This document shows, piece by piece, positions 61,171 through 64,000 of a DNA stretch of 64,000 nucleotides. The notes below the pieces were generated by a model. The model did no database searches. It was not told where the DNA came from and saw only the letters and a list, made by a program, of their open reading frames with translations. Source of the DNA: Candidatus Solibacter sp. (lineage in GTDB: Bacteria > Acidobacteriota > Terriglobia > Bryobacterales > Bryobacteraceae); NCBI GenBank assembly GCA_039934035.1, contig JBDTMZ010000047.1, forward strand, positions 1,600 through 65,599, written 5' to 3'. Numbering within the stretch: the first letter of the stretch is position 1; every line of letters starts with the position of its first letter. A program made the translations under genes and the position numbers.

Positions 61171-61333
61171 GGTGGAACAGACCATCGTTTTTTGTGGTCT
61201 GTTCTCTAACTGCTGAGCTGGTGGATCATGTCAAAACACTTTTTGTGGTCTGTTCTGGTGGAACAGACCATCGTTTTTTGTGGTCTGTTCTGGACTGCGG
61301 TGGAACAGACCATCGTTTTTTGTGGTCTGTTCT
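61171..61333. repeat. Tandem cluster of four family C hairpin repeats (three intact, one with a degenerate left arm)
   Basis: GGTGGAACAGACCATCGTTTTTTGTGGTCTGTTCT occurs at 61171-61205, 61257-61291 and 61299-61333. The degenerate copy GGTGGATCATGTCAAAACACTTTTTGTGGTCTGTTCT is at 61220-61256. The cluster fills the spacer between the convergent PilZ and CCA-family genes. Confidence 0.9.
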
Positions 61334-61356
61334 CTTCCCGTTCCCGACCCTGACCG

Positions 61357-62667
61357 CTACCTGCCGCGCCGCCCGGCCACCGGTTCCGGATCCGGCGGCG
61401 GCGGGGGCACAGGCTCCTCCTCCACCACCTTCTTCGGCTTCCGATTGAGAATCTCCGTGATAAATTCGTCGCGCGCCTTGGCATACTTCGGCGTGCCGGG
61501 CTTGGGCTCGATCGTGTCCCATTCTTCCGGCGGAATCTCCTGCACGGTGGGCAGGTACTTCTGGAAGTAATTGCGCAAGCGCTCCTGCACCGGCTTCACC
61601 GCCGAATGGTACAGCAGGAACAGAACGTCTTCGGGCGCTGCCGCAACCACCACGTGATACACATGCGAGGGCTTGCGGATCTTCGGCGCACGCAGCGCCG
61701 TCTCCAGTTTCTTGGCCTTGGCGTCGATCTTCTGGAATTGATCCGTGTCCGCCTTGGATAGCTCGGTCGTCTTAATCAACGCCGCTTTGTCCTTGGGAGC
61801 CAGCTTTTCCATCAGGCAGAACATGAAGGTGCCGAAACGCGCGGAGCGCCAGCGGGTGTCGTCCGGCAGCACACGGATCGCCTTCTCGTACTTGGCCAGC
61901 CCCACGGTATTCAGCTTGGTCAACAGCGCCGGAGAGAGCAGCGGAAGCAGCCCCGCCTCTTCCAGCCCCTTAAAGATCTCCGTGGGACTGTCTTCGGCGC
62001 TGATCCGCTTCAGTTCCTCGCCCAATGCCCGCCCGGTGATGCTCTTTTCGACTTCCGCCTCGCGTGCATTCGCCACCTGCATCAGCGTCCGCTCTTCCAC
62101 CGTGTAACCCAGGCGGACCCGGTAGCGCACCAGGCGCAAAAGCCGCGACGGATCGTCGTAGAAACCGTAGGTGCTGACCGACCGCAACTCCTTGCGCTCA
62201 ATGTCCGCCAGGCCGTTCATCGGGTCCAGCAGGAGCCCGCGAGAGGCACGATTCAGCGAGAGAGCGATGGCATTACAGGTAAAGTCCCGGCCGCGCAGGT
62301 CCTCCTGAATGGTGGCCGCCGAAACCTGCGGTTTCGCGCCGGCCCGGGCGTATTTCTCCTGCCGCGACATCGCCACCTGGGCCGTCACCCCGCTGGGAAA
62401 CACCAGCTCGACGCATTTGCGATTGTCATCCGTATGCGTCACCGTGGCGCCCGTTCGTTCGCAAATGGACTTGGCAATCTTCAGCCCGTTTCCTTCGACC
62501 ACGAAATCCAGGTCGCGAATCCGGAAACCGGCCAGCATGTCGCGCATCGCTCCCCCGGTCAGGAACACGTTCACGTTCGCCTGCCCGGCCGCCGTTTGCA
62601 CGTCGTCCACCACCCGGTTTTGATCCGGACTGAGATGGCTCTCCAGCATGTAAATGTAGTCGCTCAT
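61357..62667 (-). CDS. Class II tRNA nucleotidyltransferase / poly(A) polymerase family protein (no HD domain)
   Basis: 436 aa. Head-domain motifs GGAMRD, DLDFVV and RGRDFTCNAIA. Pro-rich, basic C-terminal tail. Confidence 0.8.
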   Translation of the reverse strand: MSDYIYMLESHLSPDQNRVVDDVQTAAGQANVNVFLTGGAMRDMLAGFRIRDLDFVVEGNGLKIAKSICERTGATVTHTDDNRKCVELVFPSGVTAQVAMSRQEKYARAGAKPQVSAATIQEDLRGRDFTCNAIALSLNRASRGLLLDPMNGLADIERKELRSVSTYGFYDDPSRLLRLVRYRVRLGYTVEERTLMQVANAREAEVEKSITGRALGEELKRISAEDSPTEIFKGLEEAGLLPLLSPALLTKLNTVGLAKYEKAIRVLPDDTRWRSARFGTFMFCLMEKLAPKDKAALIKTTELSKADTDQFQKIDAKAKKLETALRAPKIRKPSHVYHVVVAAAPEDVLFLLYHSAVKPVQERLRNYFQKYLPTVQEIPPEEWDTIEPKPGTPKYAKARDEFITEILNRKPKKVVEEEPVPPPPPDPEPVAGRRGR

Positions 62668-62724
62668 CGCGTTTGCGCCTTCGACCCTATCAAGAATTCC
62701 CGGCTGCGGCTTGTATCGGCCGCC

Positions 62725-63633
62725 TCACGCCCGGGGGTGATGTTTTTCTACCGTGTCTCGAAGCCTCGATCGCATGACATGGGTATAAATCTGAGTGGTA
62801 CTGATGTCTGCGTGGCCCAGCATGATCTGCACGCTGCGCAAATCGGCGCCGCCCTCGAGGAGATGGGTGGCAAAACTATGGCGCAGCACGTGGGGTGTCA
62901 GCCCATGATAAATGCCCGCCTTCCTGCCGTATCCGGCCAGGAGTTTCCAGAAAGATTGGCGGGTCATGCACCCGCCGCGGGCGGTAATAAAAAGGTACTT
63001 GCTGGCCCGTCCCTTCAACAGAACCGGGCGGCCGCGCTCCAAAAAGTCCTCAATCGCCCGAACAGCCGTCTTGCCTACCGGCACCAGGCGCTGCTTGTTG
63101 CCCTTCCCGGTAGTCCTGAGGACTCCCAGGTCCGCATTCAGGTCGCTCATCCCGGTCTTGCACAATTCGCTGACGCGCAATCCCGAGGCGTAGAGCAATT
63201 CCATCATGGCACGGTCCCGGAGTCCGGTCGGTTTGGAGGCGTCGGGAGCTTCAATGATCTTCTCTATCTCTTGTAAATTTAGATACTTAGGGATAGTATG
63301 CCACTGCTTGGGGGTGCGCAGGTGCTCGGTGGGGTCACTGGCGACCTGCCCCTCGCGCAACAAAAATCCGTAAAAGTTGCGGAGGGTGGTCAGGTGGCGG
63401 CCCACGGAGCGGCTGCTCAGTCCGGCCTGATACAGTTTATCGATGTGGAGGCGAATCTCCGCGGTGCCGGGCAGGTCCCGGGAATCTCCGGCAAACTCCT
63501 GAAAAGAAGCCAGATCGAGCGCGTAGGCAGAGATCGAATTACCCGCCAGACCCTTCTCCAGGCGGCAGTAGTTCAAAAAGGCAGTAATCTGGTTACGCAG
63601 GTACGCCGACCCTTCCGCGTGCGCTCCAGACAT
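62725..63633 (-). CDS. xerD: Tyrosine recombinase XerD
   Basis: 302 aa. The N-terminal SAM-like domain has FLNYCRLEKGLAGNSISAY. The catalytic region RHSFATHLLEGGADLRSVQIMLGHADISTTQIYTHV ends ...HHPRA, as in enterobacterial XerD. Confidence 0.8.
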   Translation of the reverse strand: MSGAHAEGSAYLRNQITAFLNYCRLEKGLAGNSISAYALDLASFQEFAGDSRDLPGTAEIRLHIDKLYQAGLSSRSVGRHLTTLRNFYGFLLREGQVASDPTEHLRTPKQWHTIPKYLNLQEIEKIIEAPDASKPTGLRDRAMMELLYASGLRVSELCKTGMSDLNADLGVLRTTGKGNKQRLVPVGKTAVRAIEDFLERGRPVLLKGRASKYLFITARGGCMTRQSFWKLLAGYGRKAGIYHGLTPHVLRHSFATHLLEGGADLRSVQIMLGHADISTTQIYTHVMRSRLRDTVEKHHPRA

Positions 63634-63695
63634 CGTGCCAATGATACAATAAGCCGCGAAATGTTTGAAACATAGTTGTTGCCCAAGGTAGATAC

Positions 63696-64000
63696 TTGTC
63701 AGCCTCCACCACGAAAAAAGCCCTGATCCGGCGCTATGACCGCGAAACCCTGGCCGGATTCGTCAATCCGGCGTCGTTTTTGCTGCCGGAAGGGGTCGAA
63801 CTGCTGTCCGGCGAGGGGTATCCTGCCCTGGTGCCGTTGAACGAAGTGAAATATGTGGCTTTTGTCCGCGAGTTCGAAGGCGGAGCCGAGTTGGAACGGG
63901 TGCAGTTTCAGACACGTCCCAAAATTGCCGGACTCTGGGTCAATCTGCGCTTCCGGGACGGCGCCGTGCTGGAAGGAATTATTCCCAACAACCTGATGTC
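63696..64000 (+). CDS. Hypothetical protein, N-terminal part (runs off the right window edge)
   Basis: Absent from the track because no stop lies inside the window. The frame opens after TGA 63666-63668, and the first start is TTG 63696 with AAGGTAG upstream. Translation is SASTTKKALIRRYDRETLAGFVNPASFLLPEGVELLSGEGYPALVPLNEVKYVAFVREFEGG..., with strongly GC3-biased codons. Function unknown. Confidence 0.5.
   Translation, partial: MSASTTKKALIRRYDRETLAGFVNPASFLLPEGVELLSGEGYPALVPLNEVKYVAFVREFEGGAELERVQFQTRPKIAGLWVNLRFRDGAVLEGIIPNNLM

Noticed and set aside
61171-61333. Possible CRISPR array (35-nt repeats)
   Set aside because: The 'spacers' are only 0-14 nt. The repeats are perfect palindromes with copies elsewhere in the window as singletons. 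No cas genes or leader are present, so this is a REP/BIME-like cluster.
61194-61522. Overlapping ORFs translating to repeated GGTDHRFLWSVL / NRPQKTMVCST peptides
   Set aside because: They are simply translations of the tandem hairpin repeats on both strands, with no start context or coding bias.
62725-63633. Tyrosine recombinase as a marker of an integrated mobile element
   Set aside because: Full-length similarity to housekeeping XerD includes the C-terminal ...HHPRA ending. No flanking direct repeats, tRNA target, or phage or IS genes are present.
1-64000. Search by eye for tRNA, rRNA, tmRNA, RNase P or SRP RNA and IS/transposase genes in the longer spacers (13530-13839, 15727-16086, 25996-26302, 31777-32191)
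   Set aside because: No T-loop (GGTTCRANYC) or cloverleaf candidates, no rRNA-like conserved blocks, and no transposase-like ORFs were seen. This is a visual scan only and should be confirmed with tRNAscan-SE, Infernal/Rfam and ISfinder.

Overview
This is a GC-rich, gene-dense bacterial chromosomal segment with about 50 protein-coding genes. I could not recognise any rRNA, tRNA, CRISPR array, IS element or prophage. Several families suggest an Acidobacteria (Solibacter/Bryobacter-like) genome: a VWFA-related acidobacterial protein, three paralogues with a Solibacter-type IPT/TIG-like C-terminal module, NHL and TPR proteins, many M16 peptidases, and a carboxypeptidase-regulatory-like protein. 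That placement is inference from memory of these families, not a search result.

Gene content, left to right:
- etfB (partial), fabF, acpP and adk.
- A secreted CxxCH protein.
- A hopanoid side-chain module on the minus strand: LolA-like secreted protein, hpnJ, two small EamA-type membrane proteins, hpnI-like glycosyltransferase.
- A TPR protein, a UPF0182 membrane protein, an NHL-repeat protein and an aldose 1-epimerase.
- TolB-like plus YfhO-like genes, then pyk.
- A co-directional string: phosphoglycosyl transferase, cNMP-binding/DUF1003 protein, DinB, uppP, ftsK.
- An OmpR-type response regulator with its histidine kinase, then a VWA protein.
- An MntA/HepT toxin-antitoxin pair.
- A TolC-MFP-RND efflux operon with a fourth beta-propeller gene.
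- A TMTC-like membrane/TPR protein, a two-lobed retropepsin-like protease and a 914-aa M16 peptidase.
- DDAH and a TAT-exported Gfo/Idh/MocA oxidoreductase.
- An exopolysaccharide locus: two Wzy_C/O-antigen-ligase-like proteins, Wzz, GT4 and a methyltransferase.
- An operon with an active M16, an inactive M16 and a paralogous beta-rich module.
- PilZ, a CCA-family nucleotidyltransferase, xerD and one partial ORF at the right edge.

I did not find a clear-cut new multi-gene system such as a defence island. The best candidates for a second look are:
1. Three related families of structured intergenic hairpin repeats. They include a REPIN-like inverted doublet, a tandem array of four hairpins, and one family with a conserved loop and fully compensated stem changes.
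2. The hopanoid module, with a translationally coupled pair of 4-TM EamA proteins and a LolA-like gene.
3. The M16 pair, whose inactive subunit carries a C-terminal module duplicated as the next gene.
4. A cNMP-binding/DUF1003 fusion with a non-canonical phosphate-binding cassette, sitting between two undecaprenyl-phosphate enzymes.
5. A HepT toxin whose expected catalytic Arg is Gly.

Many very long ORFs in the track are antisense shadows or N-terminal over-extensions typical of GC-rich DNA, and I rejected them.
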